Below the pieces are notes generated by a model that had not been told where the DNA came from, did no database searches, and saw nothing but the letters and a program-made list of their open reading frames with translations. DNA of 64,000 nucleotides from Spirochaetia bacterium (lineage in GTDB: Bacteria > Spirochaetota > Spirochaetia > UBA9216), in NCBI GenBank assembly GCA_963675665.1, contig OY776510.1, positions 3,616,001 through 3,680,000 of the forward strand, read 5' to 3'. Below are positions 21,405-31,166 of the stretch, one piece after another; position 1 is the first letter of the stretch; every line of letters begins with the position of its first letter. The position numbers and the translations under genes were made by a program.

Positions 21405-24400
21405 CTATTTTATCAGGATAAACTCAACCCGGCGATTCTTCCATCTGTTGTCCATATCTCCGTGAGGAACAATCGGATTCTTTCCTCCGATTCCTTCGGT
21501 GGTCATCCTGTTTTCAGCAATCCCAAGTTTTTCAAGGTACATCTTAACGGTTTCGGCACGTGCTTTTGATAAAGGCAGCAGCTCTTCACTCTCTTCTCTT
21601 GCTGCCCGTTCCGGATTTGCCCAGTATACACTTACAGCATGTCCTTCTATCAGTATTTTATAGCTTTTATATTTTTCAAGTATCTCAGAAAGCCGTCCCA
21701 GCACATATTCATTTTTTTCCTTGATTTCCGGATCGTCTTTTCTCAATTCAGCACTGTCCGGAGCAAAAGTAATATTTGCTATTCTTATTTTTAGCTTATC
21801 GCCTTCTTTAACAACCAGCACATCAACAGGGATTACACCATATTCCTGCGCCTTGTTTCCATATTCGTCTGTTGCCGTAAGCCTGTACGGATAATCTTCC
21901 GCTGCTATAACAAGTTCACCTGTTTTACCGATTCCGTCCCATACTATAAGATCCGTCGGCTTTCCTGTACCACTGAAAGAAACGAATGAATTACCCTGTC
22001 GATCTACTATCTCCAGCGACCATTTATCTATTTTGTTACTGTCTTCAGCATTAATCTTAATTTCAAGTTCATCATCAATTCCGTCATTGTCAGGAGAAAA
22101 CGGTCTTGGTGAAACCATAACACTTATAACAGGTGCCGATATATCACATACAAATTCCTTTGTAACCGACACAGGTTCATTCCCCTTTACATACCGAACC
22201 TTATATTCGGCCTTAAAATTTCCTTCAACAATTTTTCCGCTTTCGTCTCTTCCGTCCCATATGATTTTTTCAGGAAGGATATTTCCGCTGAAAGATTTTA
22301 CAGCTTTCGTCCCGTCCTGTCTTATTACAAATTCCCAATTATCAACACCGTCCTTTAGTGTCGCTATTGTAGAGAATTCAATTTTATCATTATTTCCGTC
22401 GTTGTTCGGAGTAAAACCTTTGCTTCCGGCAGTAACGAATACAGAAGTTTGTCTGTTGTCGATTCTGATGTCAGTTATTTTCTTTTCTGTTCTGTTTCCT
22501 GCCAGATCCTGGGATTCTAGCGTATATGTATAAACACCGTCGCCGGCTTTGTTTCCGTTTGAATCAGTTCCATCCCATTCTATATTCTCAACTTTATTAT
22601 CCCAAAAAAATTCCCTTATTTTTTCACCTTTCTCATTTTTGATAATTCCTGTTATAAGTTGTTCATTACTGGAGGTCTGCCTTATTACAATACTGTCTTT
22701 CTTTCCGTCATCATCCGGTGAGAACAATGTAAAATCTGTTTTAGCATCCAGTTCCGGATACACCGAATCTATTATAAAATCCCTGGTTACAGCATTCGAA
22801 ACGTTACCCTTTTCATATATAACCTCAATTGCAGCACGATAAATACCGTCTTCGACTTTCCTGCCTGCATCATTAACACCATCCCAGATAAATTCATTTT
22901 TTATCCGGCCTTCACTTTTAATCGTTTTTACGATATTTCCGCTGCCGTCGGTTATCAGCAGTTTATATGACTGAATTCCTTCTTTTTCATTTAAAACAGG
23001 CGTTAAAACAAGACTGTCTTTTATTTTATCTCCATTCGGAGAAAAAGCTTCAGGGCTGGCGGCAAGCATGACCGGGGTTTCTTCCGTATCAAGATCGAAT
23101 TTTACAGCAACCGACTCACCTTTGTTCCCGGCCCTGTCTGCTGTATAAAGCCTGTATGAATATGTTCCATCGGCAGCCAGAGTTCCTGCCGAATTATAAC
23201 CGTCCCAATTAAAAACAGATTCCGCGTTATTAACCCATTTATATTCTTTGACTTTTTTCCCTTCCGAGTTGACTATTTCTGCGTACCATACATCTTCAAC
23301 TGAAGTCTCCTGATATATAGATAAAAAGTCTTTTTTTCCGTCGCCGTTTGGACTGAATATTTTCAGAGATGTTTTTACCGATGCCGAAGGAGCAGTCTTG
23401 TCTACATAAATATCCGGCGATTCGGCCGAAGGATTATTACCGTTTATATACTCAATATTCAGCAAAGCTGTGTAAACACCTTCTTCTATGTATCCTCCTG
23501 AAAATTCACCTTTATACTCAAATATGTCAGGAATTGCTCCGCCTTCATATTTCTTCACTTCCAGGCCGTTGTCTTTTACAATTTTAAGCATCCATTTTTC
23601 AATACCTTTTTTCACAGGTATATCGGGAATTATCTTTATTAAATTGTTGCTGCCTTCAATGCCGGGGGCAAAATATGATGCGTCGAGTGATAATGATATC
23701 GGAGTGGATTGAGTGTTTATTATTAAATTGGCAACTTCCATTTCAGCGCTGTTTCCCGCCCTGTCTTCTGCTTCAATATAATAAAAGTAAACTCCGTCAG
23801 GAACCAGTAACTTTCTGTCGTCTTTTCCGTCCCATACTATATTATCCGGTTCACTGTTTTTCCATTCATAGTTTTTATAAATCTTTCCGTCAGCACTTTT
23901 TATAACTGATTTCCAGGTATCTTCGCTTGAACCGTACTGTTCAATCTCAAGGGTGTCCTTGTTTCCGTCATTATTCGGGCTGAATATTTTCAGCTCTTCA
24001 TCTATTTCCCCAATTACTATTTCCGGCGGAGTATTATCAATGACAATACCGTATTTTTCAGTCTGTGATGTATTTCCGTTATCATCCCATGCTTTCATGT
24101 AAAATCTGTAAAAGCCGTCCGGAACTACATTACCGTTATCGCCAATCCCGTCCCATCTGATTGATTCAGGGATATCAACGCCTTTCTCGACATAAAATAG
24201 TCTTTGAAAAAAATTGGCTAGTCCGGCATTTTCCGGACGTTTTTCCTTATTCTCAATTACTTTTATTTCGTCTCCGTCCTGGTTTTCAACTATAAACGAA
24301 AAACCTTTAATATATCGCGAATCCGTAATCCTGACAGGGATCTCAACTGTGTCCTTGATGCCGTCGTTATTTGGCGACATATAGGTTACTATTCTCTCTC

Positions 24401-25589
24401 CGTCGGGACCTTTATTTATATTTCCCGGGTTTATTTTGTTTTTTTTTGCTTTTGTATCATCTTCCGATACATATTTTCTCGTTTTATTTAATACGGATTT
24501 AAAAGATGTTTCTTTTCCGTCCTGTATAACATCGGCTTCTGATTCTGTGTTTTCATTATTCTCTTCGCCGAAAAAGTCAGATAGGTCCATCTCTATTGAA
24601 GGTGCAGTTTCATCAACAACTCCAAGTTCTACATTAAGACCTGCGCCGGCTGCCCACAGACCGTTTGCCATCGGTGTTGCCGAAGCCGAAGCCCTGACGT
24701 CATTTTTCGACCATCCCTTGTCTGATAAATCTCCTTCCTGGAAATCCGTTTTAAAGTTAAAGTACAATCCGAAAGACGGTATGAGTGCTGATACATCATT
24801 AGGTGCACCTCCGAATCCGGCCAGCTCGCTGAGATCTGCTGTTGTAGAAAATCTTAGCCCGGCAAAATCGAGCAATTCTAAGTTCCCGCCGACATTAAGA
24901 CGTATATTTCTGAAATATGGGAAACTGATATCACCGTTCAATCCAAAAAGAATTTTTTCCGTATCAATAAGATTGAAACTGATTCCCCCTGCCGGTGTAA
25001 AAACCGACGGAGCTTCCGCTGCTACTGAGCCGTTAAAACTGAAACCTGAATAACCAAGTTCACCAAGTACAACACCCCATCTCATGTCCTTCATGAATGA
25101 AACATCGCCTTCTTCTTTTATAAAGCCTATATCTGCTGTAACGGCCCAGCTCTCACCAAAATAAGTATTTAAACCGGCGCCTGCGAGTACGCCCGGATAC
25201 AGTTCTTTCGCAAAACCTGCTCTGATTCCGCCCTGCGTACCGGCATATATTTCGTTTACATCATCCGACCACAGAAAATATCCTGCTGTAGTTATTACAC
25301 CTGCACGCAACGGAAATGCCGCGCCAAGGTTAATTGAGGTTCCGTTAAACCCGGTGACAGTATCATCTCCGAATAATGCATTATAATTCAGATTAAAACT
25401 CAGCCTCTGCTGCAGCGCAGAGGCAGCAGGATTCATAATATCCGCCATCGGTGAAATTGTAGATGTATATTGTCCGCCCGAGGCGAGTATATCAGGAGAT
25501 TTCAATAAATCTACTGCTTCATTCCTTTCCGCATATACAACCAAACCGCACAATGAAATCAGAATTGTAAAAAGTATAATTTTTTTCAT
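21405..25589 (-). CDS. large envelope protein: signal peptide, putative beta-barrel, 8 FlgD-Ig/CHU_C-like repeats, C-terminal OmpA domain
   Basis: NPAA motif and amphipathic strands at the N-terminus; 8 (F)SPxxDG repeats with WDG and GxY; C-terminal IEGH..LSKARAETV..NRRVEF. Confidence 0.8.
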   Translation of the reverse strand: MKKIILFTILISLCGLVVYAERNEAVDLLKSPDILASGGQYTSTISPMADIMNPAASALQQRLSFNLNYNALFGDDTVTGFNGTSINLGAAFPLRAGVITTAGYFLWSDDVNEIYAGTQGGIRAGFAKELYPGVLAGAGLNTYFGESWAVTADIGFIKEEGDVSFMKDMRWGVVLGELGYSGFSFNGSVAAEAPSVFTPAGGISFNLIDTEKILFGLNGDISFPYFRNIRLNVGGNLELLDFAGLRFSTTADLSELAGFGGAPNDVSALIPSFGLYFNFKTDFQEGDLSDKGWSKNDVRASASATPMANGLWAAGAGLNVELGVVDETAPSIEMDLSDFFGEENNENTESEADVIQDGKETSFKSVLNKTRKYVSEDDTKAKKNKINPGNINKGPDGERIVTYMSPNNDGIKDTVEIPVRITDSRYIKGFSFIVENQDGDEIKVIENKEKRPENAGLANFFQRLFYVEKGVDIPESIRWDGIGDNGNVVPDGFYRFYMKAWDDNGNTSQTEKYGIVIDNTPPEIVIGEIDEELKIFSPNNDGNKDTLEIEQYGSSEDTWKSVIKSADGKIYKNYEWKNSEPDNIVWDGKDDRKLLVPDGVYFYYIEAEDRAGNSAEMEVANLIINTQSTPISLSLDASYFAPGIEGSNNLIKIIPDIPVKKGIEKWMLKIVKDNGLEVKKYEGGAIPDIFEYKGEFSGGYIEEGVYTALLNIEYINGNNPSAESPDIYVDKTAPSASVKTSLKIFSPNGDGKKDFLSIYQETSVEDVWYAEIVNSEGKKVKEYKWVNNAESVFNWDGYNSAGTLAADGTYSYRLYTADRAGNKGESVAVKFDLDTEETPVMLAASPEAFSPNGDKIKDSLVLTPVLNEKEGIQSYKLLITDGSGNIVKTIKSEGRIKNEFIWDGVNDAGRKVEDGIYRAAIEVIYEKGNVSNAVTRDFIIDSVYPELDAKTDFTLFSPDDDGKKDSIVIRQTSSNEQLITGIIKNEKGEKIREFFWDNKVENIEWDGTDSNGNKAGDGVYTYTLESQDLAGNRTEKKITDIRIDNRQTSVFVTAGSKGFTPNNDGNNDKIEFSTIATLKDGVDNWEFVIRQDGTKAVKSFSGNILPEKIIWDGRDESGKIVEGNFKAEYKVRYVKGNEPVSVTKEFVCDISAPVISVMVSPRPFSPDNDGIDDELEIKINAEDSNKIDKWSLEIVDRQGNSFVSFSGTGKPTDLIVWDGIGKTGELVIAAEDYPYRLTATDEYGNKAQEYGVIPVDVLVVKEGDKLKIRIANITFAPDSAELRKDDPEIKEKNEYVLGRLSEILEKYKSYKILIEGHAVSVYWANPERAAREESEELLPLSKARAETVKMYLEKLGIAENRMTTEGIGGKNPIVPHGDMDNRWKNRRVEFILIK

Positions 25590-25619
25590 GATAATCCCTC
25601 AGTTTTCTTGTCAAATACC

Positions 25620-25817
25620 CTAAATCTTGCTTCCAAGCTGCGTATCTTCCGACTGATAAAGTTCGTTCAAACCTTCCATTTCTTCTATAGAAAGCCTGTC
25701 ATAAAGATATGCCTCCAATTCATCCGCCAGATCACTCATCATCGAATCAAGCTCCGATTCCCGTTTTTTTAACATAAGATAAACACCGGCGACACGAAGC
25801 CCAGTAAGCTCTATCAA
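25620..25817 (-). CDS. small hypothetical protein
   Basis: 65-aa ORF with a TTGA overlap to the upstream gene; fills the operon gap. Confidence 0.6.
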   Translation of the reverse strand: MIELTGLRVAGVYLMLKKRESELDSMMSDLADELEAYLYDRLSIEEMEGLNELYQSEDTQLGSKI

Positions 25818-26755
25818 AGTTTAAACTCCAGTTCTTCTTTTGCCAGATAAATATCCAGGCTGCTGTCTTCAATATGCTTTTCATACCATTTAGCTGAATT
25901 AAGTATTTTGTATATCTTTTTATCATCATATTTCGGTTCATGGTGGAATAAAACCAGCTTTGGTATTTTCCATTCGGATGCAAAATCAACTGCCAGACTA
26001 TATGATGAATGTCCCCAGTCATATTTCTCTATTGCTTCACCCAAAGTATATTGGGAATCAATTACTATTAAATCCGTTCCTTCATAAAATTTAATATTTT
26101 CCTCATTCCTTACAAAATCTCTTTCCGTAAGTTCGGTATCTGTTGAGAATATGAAGTTTTTACATTTTTCACTTATTTTATATGAGAAACATCCGCCAGG
26201 ATGTTTTACCCGTCTCCAGGAAATTTCCGCATCGCTTATCGTTACCGGCTTTTCACCAATAGCATGAAAAAACAGTTTCGCTCCGAAAGCATCCATCGTT
26301 ACCGGAAAATAAGGCAGTTTCATCTGTTCTTTTAACGCCTGTTCCATATGCTTGACCGGGCTGTAAAAATGCAATTCGTTTCCTGGTATATATGCAGGAT
26401 CAAAAAAAGGTAGTCCCAAAATATGATCCCAGTGAAAATGCGTGAAAAAAATATGAAATTCCTTTATTTTTTCTCTTTTTTTAAGAATATTTATTCCCAG
26501 TTCACGAATTCCTGAACCGGCATCTATAATTATACATGAATTATCATCAAGTCGTATTTCAATACATGTTGTATTGCCGCCTATTGTTTCAATAAGGTAC
26601 GGAGGAATACCGGCAAGAAAAGCATCCCGGCTTTCCTGAGAAACCAGATCTGAAGGTTGTATCCGCTGCACAATTGCTGCAATACGGCTCTGCAGCTGAG
26701 AAGGTTTTATTGGAGTCGGAATTGATCCCCGCACTCCCCAGAACTTTACTTTCAT
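25814..26755 (-). CDS. MBL-fold metallo-hydrolase
   Basis: FWGVRGSIP, GGNTTC, DAGSG, THFHWDH, HPGG, TDTE, WGHS, FHHEP. Confidence 0.9.
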   Translation of the reverse strand: MKVKFWGVRGSIPTPIKPSQLQSRIAAIVQRIQPSDLVSQESRDAFLAGIPPYLIETIGGNTTCIEIRLDDNSCIIIDAGSGIRELGINILKKREKIKEFHIFFTHFHWDHILGLPFFDPAYIPGNELHFYSPVKHMEQALKEQMKLPYFPVTMDAFGAKLFFHAIGEKPVTISDAEISWRRVKHPGGCFSYKISEKCKNFIFSTDTELTERDFVRNEENIKFYEGTDLIVIDSQYTLGEAIEKYDWGHSSYSLAVDFASEWKIPKLVLFHHEPKYDDKKIYKILNSAKWYEKHIEDSSLDIYLAKEELEFKL

Positions 26756-26777
26756 TTCGATTCCTTTCGGTAATAGT

Positions 26778-27218
26778 TTATACCGTTAACATCGGTTCGT
26801 CCTGTCTTTCGGCAATTCTTTTTTCAATTTCTGCCAGAGACACTATCCCGCCTTTACCTACGCCGGGACAGCTTTCAGCAAGCTCATTCCAGTCATTTTC
26901 ATCTTCAAGATATGATATCCAGAAAGGATATGTTCTGCATTGTACAGGCCGTGCATTATATACCGCACACCCTTCCTCATTCCAGAAAACACAATCATAA
27001 TTCTTTTTCTCTATCAGGCTTATCCGTTTTATACCTCCGAGATCTATTGTCCTGCAGTACTTTTCAAGAAATCTCTTTTCATCCATATCCAAAGATTTTG
27101 CAAGTATTTCAAGATCCTTTTTTGTTAAAAAGACATATCCCGGTTCATGCCTGCAGCACGCGGAGCATCTCTGGCATTCAAATCTTAATCCGTTTTCGTA
27201 AAATTTCTTATCACTCAT
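26778..27218 (-). CDS. YkgJ-family cysteine cluster protein
   Basis: CQRCSACC...CVFW..GCAVYNARPVQCRTYPFW..CPG. Confidence 0.9.
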   Translation of the reverse strand: MSDKKFYENGLRFECQRCSACCRHEPGYVFLTKKDLEILAKSLDMDEKRFLEKYCRTIDLGGIKRISLIEKKNYDCVFWNEEGCAVYNARPVQCRTYPFWISYLEDENDWNELAESCPGVGKGGIVSLAEIEKRIAERQDEPMLTV

Positions 27219-27276
27219 TTCTTTTCTACTCAGATATATACTAATTATAAGCTACAAATAAAAACTAAAAAAGTCT

Positions 27277-27310
27277 AAAAAAAAAGACTGCCCATATAAT
27301 GGACAGTCTT
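27277..27310 (-). terminator. rho-independent terminator after tRNA-Tyr
   Basis: AAGACTGTCCAT-TAT-ATGGGCAGTCTT followed by a T run on the minus strand. Confidence 0.75.
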
Positions 27311-27392
27311 TGGGGAGAGAAGGATTTGAACCTTCGAAGGCGTAGCCAACAGATTTACAGTCTGCCCCCTTTGACCACTCGGGAACCTCCCC
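27311..27392 (-). tRNA. tRNA-Tyr(GTA)
   Basis: GGGGAGG acceptor stem, GCAGA-CTGTAAA-TCTGT anticodon arm, long variable arm, TTCAAAT loop; no encoded CCA. Confidence 0.97.
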
Positions 27393-27602
27393 ATCGAATA
27401 AGCCTGATGACTGATAAAAATGACTTACAACCGGCTTGATTCCTGAACTTTATATTACAAATACTTTTTTTTGGCAACCCTTTTGCAGTAAATTCTTTAA
27501 GTTTATTATAATACAAAATTACCCCGGTATCGATTGACAAAATAATTAAAAAAATGTAATTTACCCCCACAAAATGTTAAATCAAAGGGTTTAACATTTT
27601 TT

Positions 27603-27676
27603 GCCATCTTAGCTCAGCTGGCCAGAGCACGTGACTTGTAATCTCGGGGTCGTCAGTTCGAATCTGACAGATGGCT
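27603..27676 (+). tRNA. tRNA-Thr(TGT)
   Basis: GCCATCT/AGATGGC acceptor stem, CT-TGT-AA loop, TTCGAAT loop; one U-U mismatch in the anticodon stem; no encoded CCA. Confidence 0.95.
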
Positions 27677-27719
27677 GTTAAAATTACTTTATTGTGTATA
27701 ATTACAATAAATACCGGAA

Positions 27720-27762
27720 AAACCGGCGTATTACAATCCGACGGGTTTATATGCGCCGGTTT
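27720..27762. terminator. long hairpin between convergent tRNA-Thr and map
   Basis: AAACCGGCGTAT...ATGCGCCGGTTT with an inner AATCC/GGGTT stem. Confidence 0.5.
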
Positions 27763-27866
27763 CATCTTTTTAAACGCAATTCAAAGAACAAAATCTATTA
27801 CGCTAATTTCATAAACCCGCTACCTTCATATTTGGAGAATTATTTTATTGCGGATTGATAGTCTTT

Positions 27867-28622
27867 TTATTCCGTTAGTATATCAGTATGATCGCCGAAC
27901 ACTGCAATCGTATGTTCAAACTGCGCGCAGGGCATTCTGTCTTTTGTTATCACTGACCAGCCGTCGGAGAGTATTTCGACTTCATCTTTTCCAAGTGTAA
28001 GAATAGGTTCTATTGTAAAGACCATTCCGGGAACAACAGGCCGGCCGGTGCCTTTTTCGCCGCAATGCAGTACAGCAGGTTCTTCATGAATGTCCCGACC
28101 TATTCCATGACCTATAAAGTTTTTGAGTATTAAAAACCCGTCAGAATCAGCGGATTCCTGAATAGCCGCCCCTATATCGCCCATCCTGCATCCCGCCTTG
28201 GCGGCTTTTATTCCAGCCATGGTTGCCTTTTCAGCTGCTGTTATAAGCTGCAGCTTTTCCTTTGAAGTATCACCTATTGCAATTGTTACTGCGTAGTCTC
28301 CGTACCAGCCGTTTAAACCTGCAGTTAAATCAAATGTTACGATATCTCCTGATTTTAATTTATAACTGTTTGGAACTCCGTGTGCGGCAACATGGTTGAC
28401 CGAAATACAGATTGGAGCCGGAAAACCCTTGTAACCGGACAGACCTGCATCGCCGCCGTCTTTTTTTATCAACTGCATGCAGAGATTTGATATATGTTCC
28501 GTCGACATTCCTTCTTCTGCGGTTTCTGCAAGGAGTGTTATTATCTTTTTTGTAAGTTTACAGGCTTTTTCTATTCTGGCAATCTCGGCTTTAAGCTTCA
28601 GCGGAACATAACTATAACCCAT
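27867..28622 (-). CDS. map: type I methionine aminopeptidase
   Basis: CISVN..HGVP, DLT..GD, GHGIG..HEEP, TIEP, QFEHT. Confidence 0.95.
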   Translation of the reverse strand: MGYSYVPLKLKAEIARIEKACKLTKKIITLLAETAEEGMSTEHISNLCMQLIKKDGGDAGLSGYKGFPAPICISVNHVAAHGVPNSYKLKSGDIVTFDLTAGLNGWYGDYAVTIAIGDTSKEKLQLITAAEKATMAGIKAAKAGCRMGDIGAAIQESADSDGFLILKNFIGHGIGRDIHEEPAVLHCGEKGTGRPVVPGMVFTIEPILTLGKDEVEILSDGWSVITKDRMPCAQFEHTIAVFGDHTDILTE

Positions 28623-28625
28623 CGT

Positions 28626-28985
28626 TTATTTCAAATCCGGTCTTAATTTCTCGGCTCCGTCAATATATTTATTCTTCAGGGGCTTTTTACTTTCATTATG
28701 CTCAAAAGTCACAAGAACTCTCACTACACGTGTCATAGCACCATCAGTATCTGGTTCCTGTGAACAAAATAGTGGAGTTTTATCAAAGCTTCCGCCTGCA
28801 CGCAGCGCTGCAGCAGGATTTATTGATTTTATATCCTTTGTTACGCTGAACATAATACTTATTATATTATTTTCTTCAATTGAGTTCTCAGATATTATCT
28901 CACTGACAAGAAACTGAATTCTGCTTTTTATCTTTTCTTTTTCATCTGCAGCAAACTTTACTGCACCTCTAACAGCTTTAACCAT
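28626..28985 (-). CDS. aroH: AroH-type chorismate mutase
   Basis: AVRGA, FSVTKDI..NPA, RVL, YIDGAEKLRPDL. Confidence 0.9.
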   Translation of the reverse strand: MVKAVRGAVKFAADEKEKIKSRIQFLVSEIISENSIEENNIISIMFSVTKDIKSINPAAALRAGGSFDKTPLFCSQEPDTDGAMTRVVRVLVTFEHNESKKPLKNKYIDGAEKLRPDLK

Positions 28986-29006
28986 AATAGATATATCGAC
29001 ATTTTA

Positions 29007-29339
29007 TTATACCGGCTCGAGTCCTGTAACTATAATTTGTGCAACCAGATAGGATACTGTTGTCAACAGAATACCTGCAACCGTAAACGCAATTCTTATC
29101 CCGATTCTTCTGCCCGTATTTCTGCCGGCAATAACAAGGATAATAATATACGATACAGCAAACGCTATAAAAACAAGCGTACTGTATATAAGTAACTGAA
29201 GCAGGATAATCAGGTTATTATCAGTAAAATACTGAAAATTACCTGTAAAATACAGCATGAACACCAGTAACTCAAAAAGGTACAGGAAAATTGTTATTCT
29301 TCCGGAAACTGATACGATCAGCCTCCCTCTGTTTTTCAT
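29007..29339 (-). CDS. small membrane protein
   Basis: 3 TM segments; -10 element 6 nt upstream of the ATG. Confidence 0.7.
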   Translation of the reverse strand: MKNRGRLIVSVSGRITIFLYLFELLVFMLYFTGNFQYFTDNNLIILLQLLIYSTLVFIAFAVSYIIILVIAGRNTGRRIGIRIAFTVAGILLTTVSYLVAQIIVTGLEPV

Positions 29340-29401
29340 TGTTAAATAATATCAGCTAATTTATACTTGCGCCATATCCTCCGTGTAATTAAAATATCAA
29401 T

Positions 29402-30292
29402 ATGAAAATTGCTATAAATGATCTTCTTTTACCAAACAGCCATATGAACCCATTACCTACCGGTATAAAAAGCTCAGGACAGAAACTTCATAATATTAAA
29501 GCTGTTATATTTGATATCTACGGTACTCTTCTTGTCTCAGGTTCCGGAGACGTCGGAACTGCCATTGAATCCGGCTCGACAGAAGCTTTTAAAGAGGCTT
29601 TGAATAAATGTGGAATTTCAGATGTTTCCGATGCAGCAGCAGAATTTATCCGCAATTACTTCTTTGATCTGATTACAGAAACCCATTCAGAAATGAGAGG
29701 AGCCGGATACCCTTACCCTGAAATAAATATTATTGAAATCTGGTCTGATATAATCGTTTCAAAAGATATATCCGGATTGCTTCCCGATTTTTCATCCGTT
29801 GCACCTGAACTTGCAGCTTTTGCCTATGAAACAACGGTTAATCCGGTTTTTCCAATGCCGGGGGCATCAAAACTTCTTAAAAAGTTAGAGAAAAAAGGAC
29901 TGAAGCTTGGAATTGTTTCCAACGCACAGTTTTATACACCAGTCATCTTTGAGTATTTTTTCCCCGGCGGGTTTGATGGTTTAGGTTTCGAAAAAAATCT
30001 ATGCCTTTTTTCCTATATTGAAAAAAGATCCAAACCTGATGCCGTTCTTTATGAAAAACTGACTGCTTCACTGTTTGAATACGGAATACCCCCTGCCGAA
30101 TCTGTCTTTGTCGGAAATGATATGCTGAAGGACATTTTTCCGTCGGCTTCTGCAGGATTTAAAACTGCTCTTTTCGCCGGTGATAAACGCTCACTTCGTC
30201 TCCACCGTGATAATCCTGCTTGCAGTAATCTGAATCCCGATGTTATAGTAAGTAAATTGATTGATCTGATTGATTATATCCAGGAAGGCTGA
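29402..30292 (+). CDS. HAD-family hydrolase
   Basis: FDIYGTL, VSNAQFYT, SKPD, VGNDMLKDI. Confidence 0.9.
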   Translation: MKIAINDLLLPNSHMNPLPTGIKSSGQKLHNIKAVIFDIYGTLLVSGSGDVGTAIESGSTEAFKEALNKCGISDVSDAAAEFIRNYFFDLITETHSEMRGAGYPYPEINIIEIWSDIIVSKDISGLLPDFSSVAPELAAFAYETTVNPVFPMPGASKLLKKLEKKGLKLGIVSNAQFYTPVIFEYFFPGGFDGLGFEKNLCLFSYIEKRSKPDAVLYEKLTASLFEYGIPPAESVFVGNDMLKDIFPSASAGFKTALFAGDKRSLRLHRDNPACSNLNPDVIVSKLIDLIDYIQEG

Positions 30293-30293
30293 A

Positions 30294-31166
30294 ATGAAAA
30301 AACGTTCCAGAGTATTAATTCGTATTAAAAGAACAATAATCACCCTTATTATCCTTGCTGCGCTTGGAGCTGTTTTTTATTTTGGTTATTACCAGTTTCA
30401 GCTTCCCGCAGATCAATATGGAGTTATTTTCACCAAGCTTAACGGTTGGGATCCTGCAGTTGTAGAACCTTCGTCTTTCCGTATTGAATTGGAAGGCCTT
30501 ATTCCTCTTAACCTGCGAATGGAGAAATTTGTTCTGGTTCCTGTAACTAAACGTATTTCTGCTTCGGGAACATTGCCTTCTTCTGAGATATACTCGATGT
30601 ATCTTGAAAATAACCCTGATTTCAGTTTTTCATACGTTTTTGATATTACCTATACGGTAAAACCTTCCAGTCTTCCCTTTTTAATTACCGAAGAGTTCCT
30701 CAGATCCGATACTTACAGCGACTGGCTTATTGATTTTGAATCCGTTTTAACCGCAGATGCGTCTTCTCTTCTTCAGAAGAAAGCCGACGATGAAGAATAT
30801 CTTAAAAAGATATCCTATAACTATCATCTTATGGAAAAGGATCTGTTGAATGTTCTTGCCGCCGAATATGATTTTATTGATTTTGTCCGGTTTACCCCTG
30901 TTGAAGTAACTTTTCCCGATATGTCGCTCTATGCTGAAGGTAAAAGGCAATATTTTGAAATGGAAAAGTATCATAACGATGTTCAACAATCAGCTTTAAA
31001 AGAGACATCGCGCAGAATGATTGAAGAATCTGCAAAGATAGAACTTCTTGAAAAATACGGGGCCCTGTTTACGAAGTATCCTCAGCTAATTAATTATTAT
31101 GCTATCTACAGTTCCGACGGCAAAAAACTTCTACCGTCGATAGAACTGCCTGAACTTGAAAATTAA
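30294..31166 (+). CDS. membrane-anchored protein, possibly SPFH/band-7-like
   Basis: Start moved to ATG 30294; TM followed by GVIFTKLNG pattern and a C-terminal helical region. Confidence 0.55.
   Translation: MKKRSRVLIRIKRTIITLIILAALGAVFYFGYYQFQLPADQYGVIFTKLNGWDPAVVEPSSFRIELEGLIPLNLRMEKFVLVPVTKRISASGTLPSSEIYSMYLENNPDFSFSYVFDITYTVKPSSLPFLITEEFLRSDTYSDWLIDFESVLTADASSLLQKKADDEEYLKKISYNYHLMEKDLLNVLAAEYDFIDFVRFTPVEVTFPDMSLYAEGKRQYFEMEKYHNDVQQSALKETSRRMIEESAKIELLEKYGALFTKYPQLINYYAIYSSDGKKLLPSIELPELEN

Noticed and set aside
27355-27765. ORFs of 71 and 62 aa near the tRNAs
   Set aside because: They overlap tRNA genes and their promoters.
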